Origin: Callorhinchus milii
Lineage: Eukaryota
NCBI RefSeq assembly: GCF_018977255.1
Contig: NW_024704742.1
Location: 119,972,001-120,036,000 of the forward strand
Reading direction: 5' to 3'
DNA: 64,000 bases
The translations under genes were made by a program, and so were the position numbers. Under the pieces are notes generated by a model that made no database searches, was not told the origin of the DNA, and was given only the letters and a program-made list of their open reading frames with translations. The first letter of the stretch is position 1, and every line of letters begins with the position of its first letter. Shown here one piece after another: positions 29,650-42,089 of the stretch.

Positions 29650-29990
29650 GTAACTTTACATTTGATATAGCACCTTAACGCATCGTCAAGATGTCTCAAA
29701 AGCATTTACCGGATTTACTATCAAGTGCAATGACTGTGTATTTTGTAGGCAAACACAGCAACCAGTTTGAACCTACCAAATGCAATGACCCACAAAAGCC
29801 ATGAAATGAATGACCAACTTTATCTGGGTGATTGTTGGCCAGAAAAGTGGGAGCAACTCCCTTCTCTTTTCAAATAGTGTCATGGAATCTTTAACCTTCA
29901 CGTAAACAGCAAACAGAACTTCATCAAAGGACGACATTTCCAACAGGGTAGTACTCCCCCAACACCGAACTGGAGTGGCTGTGAGTTCAA
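29650..29990 (-). mobile_element. Old SINE
   Basis: Diverged tail and core. Confidence 0.65.
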
Positions 29991-30355
29991 AGTCCCAAAG
30001 AAGAACTGTTCTTTCAGTAATATCTTTGATAAAATATTTTATCAAACTTTTATCAGTTTAATCTTTGCCAAAACTATGGCAAATTCGTACAGAAAGTAAC
30101 ATTCAGTGACTGAATGTATGAAACAGCTCCCTCATGTGGACATGGTTAAGTAAAGGTTGACACAAAGCAGATACAGGCTGCTTCACGTTAGTTTTGTAAA
30201 TATTTGGAAGGATTGCTTCTTCAGGTTAAAGTTAGTGGATGAGTTTACCGACCGAGCAAATGGATAAAATGAAAAAGTCTACTATGGAACTGGAGTACTT
30301 AAGCCCATCACAGTATTCAGTCCTTTTTCAGGAATAGGTTGTGACTGAATAGAAC

Positions 30356-30662
30356 ATAATAATAATAATCCTTGGATTTGATACAGCGCTTTTCACGTCT
30401 TCGAGACATCTCAAAGTGCTTCACAGAATATACTGTAAAGTGAATTGACTGCATATTATGTGGGTGAAACGCGGCAGCCAATTGCGCACAGCAGTGTCCC
30501 ACAAACAGTCGTGGATTAAGTGACCAAATTGTTATTGCTTTTTTCTTGAGGGATTATCAGGCATGTGGAGTAAGGAAACTTGCCCAAGGTTTCACCCTGC
30601 CGGGAATCGAAACCAGGTCTCTCGCTTGTAAGGCGATAGCTCTAACCACTGAGTTACAGGAA
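30356..30662 (-). mobile_element. tRNA-derived SINE, full length
   Basis: Head with A/B-box-like motifs, core and (ATT)n tail. Confidence 0.92.
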
Positions 30663-30674
30663 TCCACAAGTACT

Positions 30675-31390
30675 CAAGTCCTGGATGAGAGCCAATGTCA
30701 GCCAATGTCAATACAGCTGAATGTCAGCAAGACTGAGGCCCTCCTGATTGGCTCCCGCCAGCAGGTCCGCACCTCAGGCACTATCAGCATCCACGGTTGC
30801 ACACTCCACCTCACCAAGCCAGTCAGGAACCTGGGCGTCTTGTTCAACCCTCAACTGTACTTTCTCCCCCATGTCTGTGTCGTAACATGCTCTGCCTTCC
30901 CCCATCTCTACAACATCACCTCCAGGCTCGCCTATGCAAACGCCCTGCTTGTCGGCTTTCCCAACTCCTCCCTCCACAGACTGCAGATAATCCAGAACTC
31001 TGCAGCCCGTGTCCTCTCCCGCACCAAACTCCGTGACCCCATCTCCCCCATTCTCGCCCGAATCCATTGGCTCCCTATCCTTCAGAGGATCCAATTCAAG
31101 ATCCTGGTCCTCACCTACAAAGCCCTCCGTGGCCTCACCCCACTCTACCTCTACGACCTCCTAACCCCCGACCAACCCGCCAGTTCCCTCCGCTCAGCCG
31201 GCTCTGGTCTGCTCCACGTCCCCCGACCCACCCGCCCCACCATTGGCAGGAGAGCCTTCAGCCACTTAGTCCCAACCTCTGGAATTCCATCCCCCAATCA
31301 CTCCCCCTCTCCCCCTCCTCAGCCTTCTTCAAGTCCCGCCTCAAGACCCTCCTCTTCAACCATGCCATCGGTCACCGCCCTTCCCCTACC
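30675..31390 (+). mobile_element. L2 3' fragment
   Basis: [38 protein letters not shown]. Confidence 0.92.
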
Positions 31391-32139
31391 AAGTTTTGGG
31401 GGCGTGGAGTGGGGAACTGTGAAATCAGAGGAAGCAGCAGAGAGTTTCATAGGGTATTCACATGAACATATGGAGTAAAAAGCTTACTGTCAATTGCATT
31501 CTTGTTGCTTACAGTAAAGCAGTGAAAACAGCTGACTACCATGGAATCATACCTGTATGAGTCAGTGACAGCGAAAGTTTTCAGACTACTATTTTTGTTC
31601 CAATGTGTCGGGTATATTTTGGTTTGAAGTGCCAGCTGCCCAAAATAGGCTGGGAATCTGGGAAGTTCAGAGTGTGGCAAAATGCTTTTAGTCATCGAAT
31701 TATCAAATTTATGTGTAATCAGTGTTTATCACAGACATAAGCTTTATTGTATATCAAACAGATAGTATGGTCACTTGTTTAACAAGTTCTAGATGTACAA
31801 TTGTCTGTCGTTGTCAGACTCCGCCAATACTGTGACTGTGAAGTGCTCCGGGACACTAACCCTCATGAAGGGTATTATAAAAATGCAAGTTGTTGTTATT
31901 GTAGGCACAAATTCAAACAATCAGTAATCTATTTCGACTGTGTCACAAAAAGTGCTTTTTATAGGTTGAAATGTTTTTGTGCTATTTGTTAAGATGCGCA
32001 TTTTCTGACTTTTAATTTTTTTTAAAGGAACGATTGCTGTAATTTCTTTCATTAGTGGAGGAGAAATGTGTCATATTGTGATTGTTTGATACCAAAAGAT
32101 ACTTACAATTGTTGACCCCAAATTAACTGTGCAAAGTAA

Positions 32140-32790
32140 TATGACGTAGTGCATCTAGACTTCCAAGAGGCATTTGATAAATTACTGCAGAAGAGACTCT
32201 TTCACAAGCTGATGTCACTGGGTGTCAAGAACAAGACATGGATTAAAATTTGACTAAAGGGAAAGAGTCCTGTAGCTCAGTGGTTAGAGCACTCGCTTTG
32301 CAAGTGAGAAACCTGAGTTCAATTCCAGCAGGGCCAAACCTTGGGCAAGTTTCCTTACTCCACACGCCTAATAATAATCCCTCCAAAACCAAAAACAATA
32401 ATAAAAATTGGTCATTTTCAATCTCTGACTGTTTGTGGGACATTGCTGTGCGCAATTGGCTGCCGCGTTCGCCCACAAATATACAGTCAATTCACTTTAC
32501 AGTGTGTTCTGTGAAGTGCTTTGGGACGTCCTCCCGACGTGAAAAGCGCTATATCAAATGCAAGGATTATTATTATTATAAATAGAGGATGGTCATTAGG
32601 AAGCTAGGTCAATATAGGGGGAGATATTAAGTTGTTTGTACTTGGATGCTTTAATGACCTGGATTCACAGACTCAATGCAAGTTAGATAAATTTGCAATA
32701 ACAATAAGTTGGAAGGGGATGGGAGTGGGGGGGTGGGGGGGGGGGCGATTGTAGAATCAGAAGAGGCAGGAACGACTTTCATAGGGTATT
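32140..32790 (+). mobile_element. Decayed CR1 RT fragment split by a SINE
   Basis: DVVHLDFQEAFDK at ~32143; KFA..KLG-like remnant at ~32690. Confidence 0.6.
32265..32580 (+). mobile_element. tRNA-derived SINE, full length
   Basis: A box TAGCTCAGTGG, B box GTTCAATTCC, L2-type tail gggacgtcctcccgacgtgaaaagcgct, (ATT)n. Confidence 0.95.
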
Positions 32791-33039
32791 CACATGAACA
32801 TATGGAGTAGAATGCTTACTGTCAATTGCATTCCTTACATACTGGTTGACTGGTGGTTTCTGAAACAAATGGTACTGATTCATCTGGATTTTAGCTCAAT
32901 CTAGGCTAACACTCCAATACAGTGATTGGGGGTAGAATACATTTTGGAGGTGCCATCCTTCACATGAGACATTAAACCAAGATCCTGTCTGCCTGTTCAG
33001 GAGGACGTTAAGGATTCCACAGTACTATTCAAAAAGAGA

Positions 33040-33330
33040 ATATAGAAACAGGAGTAGGTCATTCAGCCCCTCAAGCCTGTTCCACCCTTCTCGTGGCTGA
33101 TCTGGACCTCAGCTCCATTTACTGCCTTTACTCCATATCCTTTGATACCCTACCTAACAAATATCTATCAACATCAGTCTTGAAAATTCCAATTGATCCA
33201 GCATTCAGAGCCTTTTGGGAGAGAGAATGCCAGATTTCCACAACTGTTTGTGTGATAAGATGCTTTCTGGTTTCATTACTAACTGGCCTAGCTATTATTT
33301 TAAGATTATGCCCCCTTGTTCTGGATTCTT
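33040..33330 (-). mobile_element. CR1-like 3' end
   Basis: atagaaacaggagtaggtcattcagcccctcaagcctgttcc, reverse-similar to 48660-48860. Confidence 0.6.
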
Positions 33331-35109
33331 ATTAGTATTAATAATGCAAATGCAAGGATGTATAACTTGGTACTTGAAATGGGAGAAAACAGGTGGAAGG
33401 GAAAATAAAACTGATAGATATTGGTAAGTCATTTTTTCTGCAATCATGTAAAAATCCAAACCTGTTCTATCTGGAGATCAAATGGAAGCAATAAGCATTG
33501 TGGCATATTGAAACCAAATGCCTGCTTTCCCACAAACTGCCATTTAGAAATGTTGCAGTCCCCATTCACAACTGTTTGATCAAAACAGAGAGACACTAGA
33601 CAAATACATCTATATTTATCCAAGCATTTGCACAAGTATATTGCCTAAGCGTGGTTTTCTCAAGAGTCGTACATATTCTATTGCTCTTAGATCACGATTG
33701 AGCTTCAGTTGATCACTCTAAAATAAGGCTCTTAATTCAAATTCCAATTATAAATATTAAAGTAATTAATTAAACCTTTATTGCAGCAAGTTAATTAAAG
33801 CATTTTAGTACTGTCTTTCATCTGCAGACCAAACTGAATTTAACATAAGCACTATCTACCCATCAGGTTTTTAATAATCCTTGCCTTTCACATTGTAAGG
33901 ACCTCTCAAAATGCTTTACAGGATTTATTGCTAAGTGCAGTGATTGCTTATTTTGTTTCCCTTTATCTCAACAAAACACAATCAAGAGCCTTTTTTGTGA
34001 CTATTTATTTCAATGTCACCTTGCATTTACTTTGCTAGCAATGGCCAATTTCTAAATTGTTATTGTTAATAATACAAATGCAAGGATGTTTAACTTCTTT
34101 AGATATATATAAATAATTTTGTTTCTATGTAAACTTTTTTCAGTTCCCTCCAACTTCAGAATCTTTCCTCATTGATTATCCTTTGAGTCACAATGACAAC
34201 AAATTGCATTTATATAGTATCTTTCACGTCGGGAGCCCTAAGGTGCTGAGTAAAGAAAAACCTCCTGGGCTCTGTCCTGAAATTGCCCTTCACAATGCTA
34301 ACCTTATGTCCTCTTACTTACTGTTTTGGCACATCCTAATGTATTGATCTAGATGGAATCTTTCATGTGGTACTTTGTCTTTGCAAGTCTAAACATACCA
34401 CACTATATGGCTTCCCAGATTCAATTTGGGCTGCTGCCTCCTCAAAAAAATCTATGATAACTTGTTTTGCCCAGAAAATGCACTCTGAATCCAGTTTACA
34501 GTGTATTCTGTGTAGGGCTTTGAGATATCTCAATGATGTGATAAGGTGCTATATCAAAAAATGCAAATGCAAGGATTATTATTGTAGGCCAGTCTGGTCA
34601 CTGGTTAGCAATCAAGAGCAAGAATCCTTGATGTTGTTTCCCCTGTGTACCCAAATGGAACTGAGGCTAATTTTAGAGTCCTGCCAACATGGCCGGGATC
34701 ATCTAACAGCTCAAACTAGGAACTTGTAACCATTTGATCTGTTGTAACAAGCAGTCTCATTGCCTACTACAGATATTAGTTAGCTCCATCCTTTAAGATT
34801 CTGATATCACAAGCCTGGATGGAGTATTGTCTTAAATACCTAAGAGGAAGTCCGATATCTATTTATTCCAACTGAACGGGTTGCAAAGGAGAATTACAAG
34901 GGCCATCTAACTTAATATGGATAAGATGGAAGCCATGTTCCTTGGCTCTCGCCAATGTCTCCTCTCTTCAGGCTCTGACCTCCTCAAACTCCCTGGCCTC
35001 TCTCTTAATATCTCCAAGCCCTTGTGCTACCTTGGTATCTGATTCGATTCCCAGTTTTCCTTTCTTCCTCACATCCATTCCCACACCAAGACTACCTACT
35101 TTCCATGTC

Positions 35110-35335
35110 CACATGCCTAATAATAATCCCTCCAAAAACAAAAACAATAATAAATTGGTCATTTTCAATCCATGACTGTTTGTGGGACACTGCTGTGCGC
35201 AATTGGCTTCCGCGTTTCGTCCACAAATATACAGTCAATTCACTTTACAGCATATTCTGTGAAGCACTTTGAGACGTCTAGAAGATGTAAAAAGCGCTAT
35301 ATCAAATGCAAGGATTATTATTATATTATTATTAT
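35110..35335 (+). mobile_element. 5'-truncated SINE
   Basis: Core plus gagacgtctagaaga-type tail. Confidence 0.9.
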
Positions 35336-37372
35336 GTCTGTCCCTATCTTAAACATTAACATGCCTCCAGAATAGTCCGACCTTTCAGATGACAGAGGAA
35401 GTGCTGACGTAAAAGACGCATAAACTCTCTGGGGACATGAATCTAAATTGTATTCAGTACACACATAAAAGTCTACAACCAAAAAATTAATCCTTACATT
35501 TAGTTCACTGTCTGTCACATCCGGATATTTGTCCCAAAGTGCTTCACAGGAGATACTGCAATAATAATAATAATAATCATCTTTGCATTTGATATATTGC
35601 CTTATCACGTCTTTAAGACATCTCAAAGCGCTTCACAGAGTATACTGTACAGTGTAGTGACTTTGTATTTTCTGGGTGAAATCTGTTCTTTACAAATAAA
35701 ATTACATGGAATGAAAAAAGGGCATTCAGCCAGAGCTCATGAAACCTACCTTGTAATGGAGTTCACTCCACCCACTCTTATCTTATGGGGAAATGCTCTG
35801 CGTAGCAATTCCCTGAGCCCCGAAAGCAATCAGGCAAACCTCTAGATCATTTCCTCTCCACTGATAAATGCTGATCTCCTTCCCTCACAATGTTTCCTTT
35901 ACCCACTGTTTTTGTACTGTGGAGTAATTGTTTTCTCTTCACAGTCTGCACTGTACATAATGCACACTGTACATTATTGTACATAATAAGTTAAAAGAAA
36001 AGGGAATGTCGTCTGAGTAAACCACCCAGATTATGTTGCTCGGTGGGTCTTGGGGAGGGGGGGCATTCTGTATTTAAGGCCCCTTGGAAAAGAGAGGGAG
36101 ATGCGATTGCATGCTCAAAAAACAACAACATCAACCTGCATTTAAATACCGTATGTTTCAAGAGGAGGAATATAATAGTAAATAAGTTGCAAGCAAGTGA
36201 GCGGGACTACATTTCCTCTTATGAAGAAAAACACAAACACGTACAGAATTAATAAGCTGAATGATATAATATTCTCCAATTCTATAGCTGCTGTATTTTA
36301 GAGTCTTTTATGGGGGGATAGGCGCAGGAAATCTATTCCACATATGAACTACTCTGTTGGAGGGAAGGAAAAATCTGAATCATAGAAACAGGCCTTGCAT
36401 TGAATGACAAAAACTTTCCTGTGAGCATTGCTTGAATTGCTTGTCAAAACTGCAGTGATGAAGTCAATTTTGTTCATGCTTTACTGTGTATCAACAGACG
36501 ACAATAACAAGACACTCACTGACTGCTGCAATGTGCAAGGACAGCAATGCCAGTCACAGAAACAGAGAACAGAAATAAAGTCACAGCACAAAATCAATGC
36601 ATTCTACAGGAGCGCTTCTAGGGATAAGGTTGGAATCTGACTTATTCAAATAAGCATTACGAGACATTTTAGCTTCACTCTTGCAATTTGCACAATCGTT
36701 TGAATTCCTAATAACATTGTTACCTTATTATCTCTCCCACATATCCATTGTTCTACAAGTCATATCAACTCAAAATTTTGCAGAATATCCTTTCTATGCT
36801 TCCAAGTATGTTTTCTTGTTCTCCTTGAGGGGAGGGAGGTACACAGGGTCTCCTTAGAGTTGAACTGGCTCCAGGGTGACCTGTTTGGCAACAAAATGTC
36901 AGAATTAAGCCAGCCCTCTGTGGTGGTTTTAGTAGTCTAATTCCTGAGGCAGGCGGCCCTGCTGATCAATCAAATACTAGTCACTGGGGCAGAGACTCTT
37001 CCCACTCAGCTCCTGTTAACCCTGCAAACCAAAGCCCTAGCTGGACAAGTATCAGGAAAGCTTGCCAGACAGCGCTCTCAATGGCAAGCTATGGGTTTAG
37101 CTGGTTAGACTCCAGTAGTACCCCAAAGCACATTCTGCGGTCCCAAGCCTTGGGCTCTTGCCAACCTACGCCTCATACTTTCTGGAATTAGGTAAGCTGG
37201 ATCTTTTCTTCCAGGAAGAGAGTGTGCATTCCATTCCAATAAATATTTCTGTCATTTCTATGTACAGGTGGGAATGGTGGAACTCCCTGTTTAGTTTGGA
37301 TATGTGGGGATGTGTTTCTGCATGTGTCAGACATCCAGCCGACCAAAAAAATGTTTGGCTCTTGGTGTAGAT

Positions 37373-37516
37373 TCATCTTTTAACAGGATAATTCTCTTGC
37401 CGCTCCACAATCGTTCCTTTGCTCAAGAGGAAATCCTTTTGGTTAGGTTCACGACCAAGAAATGCCTTCTAAAGATTCTCCAAGTTTTGGATATAGCTTC
37501 TGAATTTCACACTCAC
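37373..37516 (-). pseudogene. NLN/THOP1-like last coding exon
   Basis: caattag|VSVKFRSYIQNLENL*KAFLGREPNQKDFLLSKG..* versus NLN FLKREPNQKAFLMSRG and THOP1 FLGRDPKQDAFLLSKG. Confidence 0.88.
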
Positions 37517-37629
37517 CTAATTGCCAAACAAAATTTTACTCAATTGGATCTAGAATGGAATGACAACAATTCAATGTCTGACTGGATATACCCTTTCCCT
37601 CCAACATTGAAAACTTGAACTGATCTGCA

Positions 37630-37955
37630 ACTCCTCTGGCTCCGGTCTGCTCCACATCCCCCGCCCCAACCGCCCTACCATCGGTGCCGGGCCTTCAGCC
37701 TCTCAGCCCCTAGACTCTGGAACTCTATCCCCCAGTGCCTTCGCCGCTTCCTCCCTTTCCTCCTTCTCAAGACCTTTCTCTTTGACCGTGCTTTCATCTC
37801 CCCTCGCGACTCTCTACCTCCTCCTCGCTCCCTCCTTTCCCTCCCCTCACCCTGACCATTTCCCCCCTGCTTGGGTCCTGACCCAACTGTCCAGCGCCTT
37901 GGGACGTCCTCCCGACATGAAAGGCGCTCTATAAATGAAATCTTGTGTTGTTGTT
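37630..37955 (+). mobile_element. L2 3' end
   Basis: Near-identical to 23715-24025. Confidence 0.92.
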
Positions 37956-38269
37956 GTATTGAAGACGTGATAAGGCTCAATATTAAATGCAACAATCGTT
38001 ATTATTACAATTTGAAGAAAGAAAGGATATTAATTCTAAAGGATTAACAAAATCAGAAGTAATTTTAGTCTTTGTTCCAGATAGATGCTCAAGACTGAAT
38101 GGAGCCAGCAGAAAAAATGATCTTGGAAATTTACCATTGCAGTGATTTTGTAAAAAGTGATTTTTTTTTGTGGGAGGAGTGTAAGGGTTCTTTCTGCCAC
38201 GTTGTCTCACTTTACTACTGTTGGCTAGAACCCAGCACTTAAGAATTATAATTGTATTGTATTTATATT

Positions 38270-38406
38270 ATCTGCACCACTTCATTCTGGAGAAGAGAGA
38301 GCATCAGGTATTAGTTTGGTAAAATCTGCCACCGTGGCTGATATTGTTATCTGTCTGGACCATCAGATGAAGATCAAAACAAGCTGCATGTAACATCTTC
38401 CTATTT
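38270..38406 (-). pseudogene. NLN/THOP1-like exon remnant preceding the HExxH motif
   Basis: Acceptor ttacag; HAACFDL..DG.RQITISATVADFTKLIPDALSLLQNEV (with frameshifts) versus THOP1 [41 protein letters not shown]. Truncated before HEFGH. Confidence 0.85.
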
Positions 38407-39198
38407 CTGTAACAGAAATAATAATAATAATGACAATCATTTCATTTTATATACCACCTTTCACATCTGGAGGTCATCTGAAAGCAAGGATTTACTGTAA
38501 TTGTGAAGTGACTGTATTTTATGTTGACGAATGTGGCAGCCAATTTGAACACAGCAATGTCCCACAAACAGCCATGAAGCCAATTTTATTTGGAGGACTG
38601 TTGGAATAAATTCAATTCTGAATAACTAAATGTGTAAATACATCATGGTTACAAAAGTATTGATATGATGTGCTGATCAGTTCGCTACTATAACACCCGA
38701 TTTCCCAGATAGCACAACAATACAATACCATGAAGATATCAAATTGAATAGATGCTTTCACCTCAAAATAAATAATCTGTGGCAAAATCTTTTTTGTTTT
38801 CAATTTGTATTACACTCAGTGCAAAGCATGTGATTATTTATATCTTTCCCTCCAGTGTATCAATTGGCTAACAATATTCTTCTGATGCCATCAAGTGGTA
38901 CAACTTGTAATTGCTGGCTCTACGTCAATTGTGTCCTCAGAATGGAAGCCACACTGAATGGGTTATTGGATAGGATAAGATAGTTGTGTCACAGGAATGT
39001 TTTGAGAAGTTGGATGGGTCGGTTAAATGGACCAATGAAACCATTACTTTGATTCTTACTGCCCACCCTCCCAGCTCAATTTCTGACACCATCTCTGAAA
39101 AGCATGCAAGACAGTACTGTATGTGAAGGACACTATATTAAGTGCAAACTGTTCTTGATTCGATATATACAAAAAAAGTATTTTAATTTCAGTTGTTG

Positions 39199-39306
39199 AA
39201 AGATGTTACATGCAGCTTGTTTTGATCTTTAGCTGATGGTCCAGACAGATAACAATATCAGCCACAGTGGCAGATTTTACCAAACCCATACCTAATGCTC
39301 TCTCTT
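39199..39306 (+). repeat. Inverted duplicate of the 38270-38406 pseudo-exon
   Basis: aagatgttacatgcagcttgttttgatc...cagattttaccaaacccatacctaatgctctctct is the near-exact reverse complement of ~38293-38399. Confidence 0.9.
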
Positions 39307-39900
39307 AATTTTTGCCCCAAACAAAAATCCTTCTGGAATCGTCTGGGCATCTCCATGATATTGGCATGTTACTGGTTTAAGTGTCTTATTGCGAGTGTTG
39401 TGTGGAAAACTCTCCAAACTCTCCAAAAAATAAAATGGAAAATACACTTTCCCCACATAATGATTTCCTTTCCGCTATACAAATGTAATCTTGTTGTTGT
39501 TGTTTCCCAGCCACACTTTCAGGAGGTGGGGAACAGCAGCGGAAAATTGCTTCCCAACAGCAAATACAAATTTTGTAACTTCCCACTCACCAGTTAGAGT
39601 GACGCTGAAGCAGGCGTTTTTACCTCTCAGCTGGGTCTCACGTTGTCTTCACAGCAGGAGAAAAGAAACAAAAAAAAGAATGATACACTACTATTTAAAA
39701 TAATCTATAAAGTAACTTAGGAAGGAACATGATGTGCTGCATATTTCAACCTTGGGGTTCTGTTAAAATTCCTCAGCTTTTTGAGCTTTCTTTCAATTTC
39801 CCTCTTCATATTCCCCACCAAGTATCCCCCGTTCATAGTGACATGTTGCAGCAGGAGAATAAAAGATATGAATTCACAAATAATAGAGTAACTGAAATAC

Positions 39901-40376
39901 CTTGGATAGAGATGAAACAATAGAAAGGTCTTCAGCCGAGACCTGAAAATAGGAAGAGATGGGGCGAAGCGAAGGGAGTGAGGAAGGGAATTCCAGAGCC
40001 TCGGGGCATAGTGACTGAAGGCATGGCCGCCGAGGGTGGAGCGGAGGACTCGGAAAAGGCCAGACCCGATGGAACGAAGGCGACAGGCACTGTTGTGAGT
40101 TGAGAGGAGATCAGGGAGGTAGGGGGTGCAAAGGAATGGAGGGATTTGAAGACAAGGGTGAGGATCTTGAAGTCGATCCTCTCTGGGACAGAGCATTTCT
40201 GATGTTCTTATGGTCAACAAAGTATTTGATTTCCTAAATCTGTGCTGTGTAGTAACACATATCCCACACATTAATCTGATCACACTCAAATCCTTACCCT
40301 TCATATTTCTTCTACTTTAATTCTAGATTAGAGCATCTCTCTTCACCGAAAGGTTTCAATTTCTCATATAAATCAT
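39901..40376 (-). pseudogene. NLN/THOP1-like large exon interrupted by an L2 fragment
   Basis: DDLYEKLKPFGEERCSNLELK*KKYEG*GFECDQINVWDMCYYTAQI*EIKYFVDH versus NLN [58 protein letters not shown]. Ends HLYPR|gtattt (NLN DLYPR). Acceptor AG changed to GG. Confidence 0.9.
39920..40190 (-). mobile_element. L2 fragment within the NLN-like pseudo-exon
   Basis: LRSIGSGL..GGHAFSHYAPRLWNSLP. Confidence 0.85.
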
Positions 40377-41069
40377 CCGTGGAACAAAAGATAATGAATT
40401 GTGACTTCCCAAGTGTCGCTCTGCCAAGTTGGGTGGTGGAGGCGGATTTCATTGTTGCCTTCAACAAGTTGACAGGCATATAGAAGACAGGGGCTTTAAG
40501 GTGTATAGGGATAAGGTGGGGCAGTGGGATTGAAGCTATACCCTAACTCTGTGGAGGGTTGATGGCCCCAACAGCTTTCTTGTATGTTTCTATACATTTA
40601 ATTTCAGATTTAACAAAAATGCATGTAAAAAATCTAGCAATTTATCGATCAAAATTACAATGACATTCTTGGAACAACATCAGTATTTGGACAATTAGTC
40701 CTAAAAATCTAGTAAACAAAAACATATATATATTTATTTTGCTTTACAAGAATGCAAATTCTTGGCCTACAATTCCTGGAATGTAACCCCAGGAAGCAAT
40801 AGATGTTACTTGGACAATTTTTTATTAAAATATGGCAAATGGAAAAAAGTTTTTTTTTCAGCTTAAGGAAAACAAAAACCAACCACTTTGTAAAGTGCTG
40901 CAAACTTACTGATACACACAAGGAAAACAGTAAATTACATCAATCCATATATCTCCTCCTCTAGTGCAAAGGAAAAGTGAACCCTGGGAGAGCATGTCTT
41001 CACTGCTCTTAAAGAGGGCAAGTCTTTGGAGTTTCTCTTTTTTTTTATTTCTCTTTTCGCACCGTGGGC

Positions 41070-41310
41070 TCCACTCTATAGGAACCTGGTTGTTAGTCGA
41101 TTGGCGGATTGTTTTCCAGGGGAAATAATCCTTTCAAAAAAAAATTAAATAAAAGTTTGGTCACTCAATCCGTGTGTTTGTGGGACACTGCTGTGCACAA
41201 TTGCTGCCACTTTTCGCCCACAAAATATCCACTTTACAGTACATTCTGTGAAGTGCTTTGAGGTGTTTCAGCATGTTAAGGCGTTATATCAAATGCAAGG
41301 ATTATTATTA
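41070..41310 (+). mobile_element. SINE, diverged
   Basis: Core and tail. Confidence 0.8.
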
Positions 41311-41645
41311 TCTAACCACAGAGATTACACTAAAATGGGCAATTTATTAAGTGACAGACAGCAAATGGAACTTCAGTATTTTGTGATGTGTCAGTAGGTT
41401 CAACAAGCTGCAGCACGCATTGGCAAGAAATTATATCAGTTTGTGTTACCAGACAAATGACTGCAATGAGACGTAGGAAAAAGTAACCACCAAACATTTT
41501 ACAAGCTATAGCAGTTGGTAAACCGCCTTGTCTTTTCTTCCTGTTTGCCGACAGCAATGCACCAGAATGTCACTGATCTTACAAACATACCTTTTTAAAA
41601 AATGTGAGTTCAAAACTGCAGGAAATTTCAATCAAAGGAGCAAAC

Positions 41646-41775
41646 CTAAGAATTTCATCACATATTCAGCTTTTCGCACCATGTACATTCGAGTACAATG
41701 GGGAACTGAATCCCAAGAGTTCTGTTGCTTTTGCTCGAAGTGAAATCAGCATTTCAGTTTTTTTTTAATGTTTTC
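41646..41775 (-). pseudogene. NLN/THOP1-like exon remnant
   Basis: ggcag|GAAAAC...TTCTTAG|gtttg; frameshifted ENIKK..EMLISLRAKATELLGFSS..VLE..MVRKAEYVMKFL versus NLN [45 protein letters not shown]. Confidence 0.8.
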
Positions 41776-41824
41776 CTGCCAATAGAACGTAAGATTCAAT
41801 CAATGTTTATGAGATTTCACAAAC

Positions 41825-41928
41825 TCAATTTTGCAACTGTGCTAAATAAAACATTTTCATCCTCAGCTGAATTTACATTGAACCAAGTTTATTTATATAT
41901 TTTAAAAAAAATCTATTTGAGGGCTTCC
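41825..41928 (-). pseudogene. NLN/THOP1-like exon remnant
   Basis: AG..GT bounded; FNVNSAEDENVLFSTVAKL versus NLN FNKNLNEDDTFLVFSKAEL. Confidence 0.6.
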
Positions 41929-42089
41929 CTGATGGTTGTGGATTGAGCTGCAGCTTTGCTGATTTGATTCAAAGAGTGCTGCATTTGTTGATCTCAGTCT
42001 GGGCTGCATGGCTAAGCTGAGCTGAGCCTGGGCTTCTTGAGGTTAAGGTTGGGAAAACCTTAAAAAAAAGGGTGGTTTTATTCCTCTAT

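Noticed and set aside
32265..32340. tRNA gene
   Set aside because: It is the head of a multi-copy SINE, continuous with the SINE core and tail.
38040..38100. LSGTKTKITSDFV resembling NLN FSGTNVETDFV
   Set aside because: Position fits, but too short to call by eye.
40740..41040. Additional NLN-like exon fragments
   Set aside because: Very weak; a much better match for that exon lies at 41646-41775.
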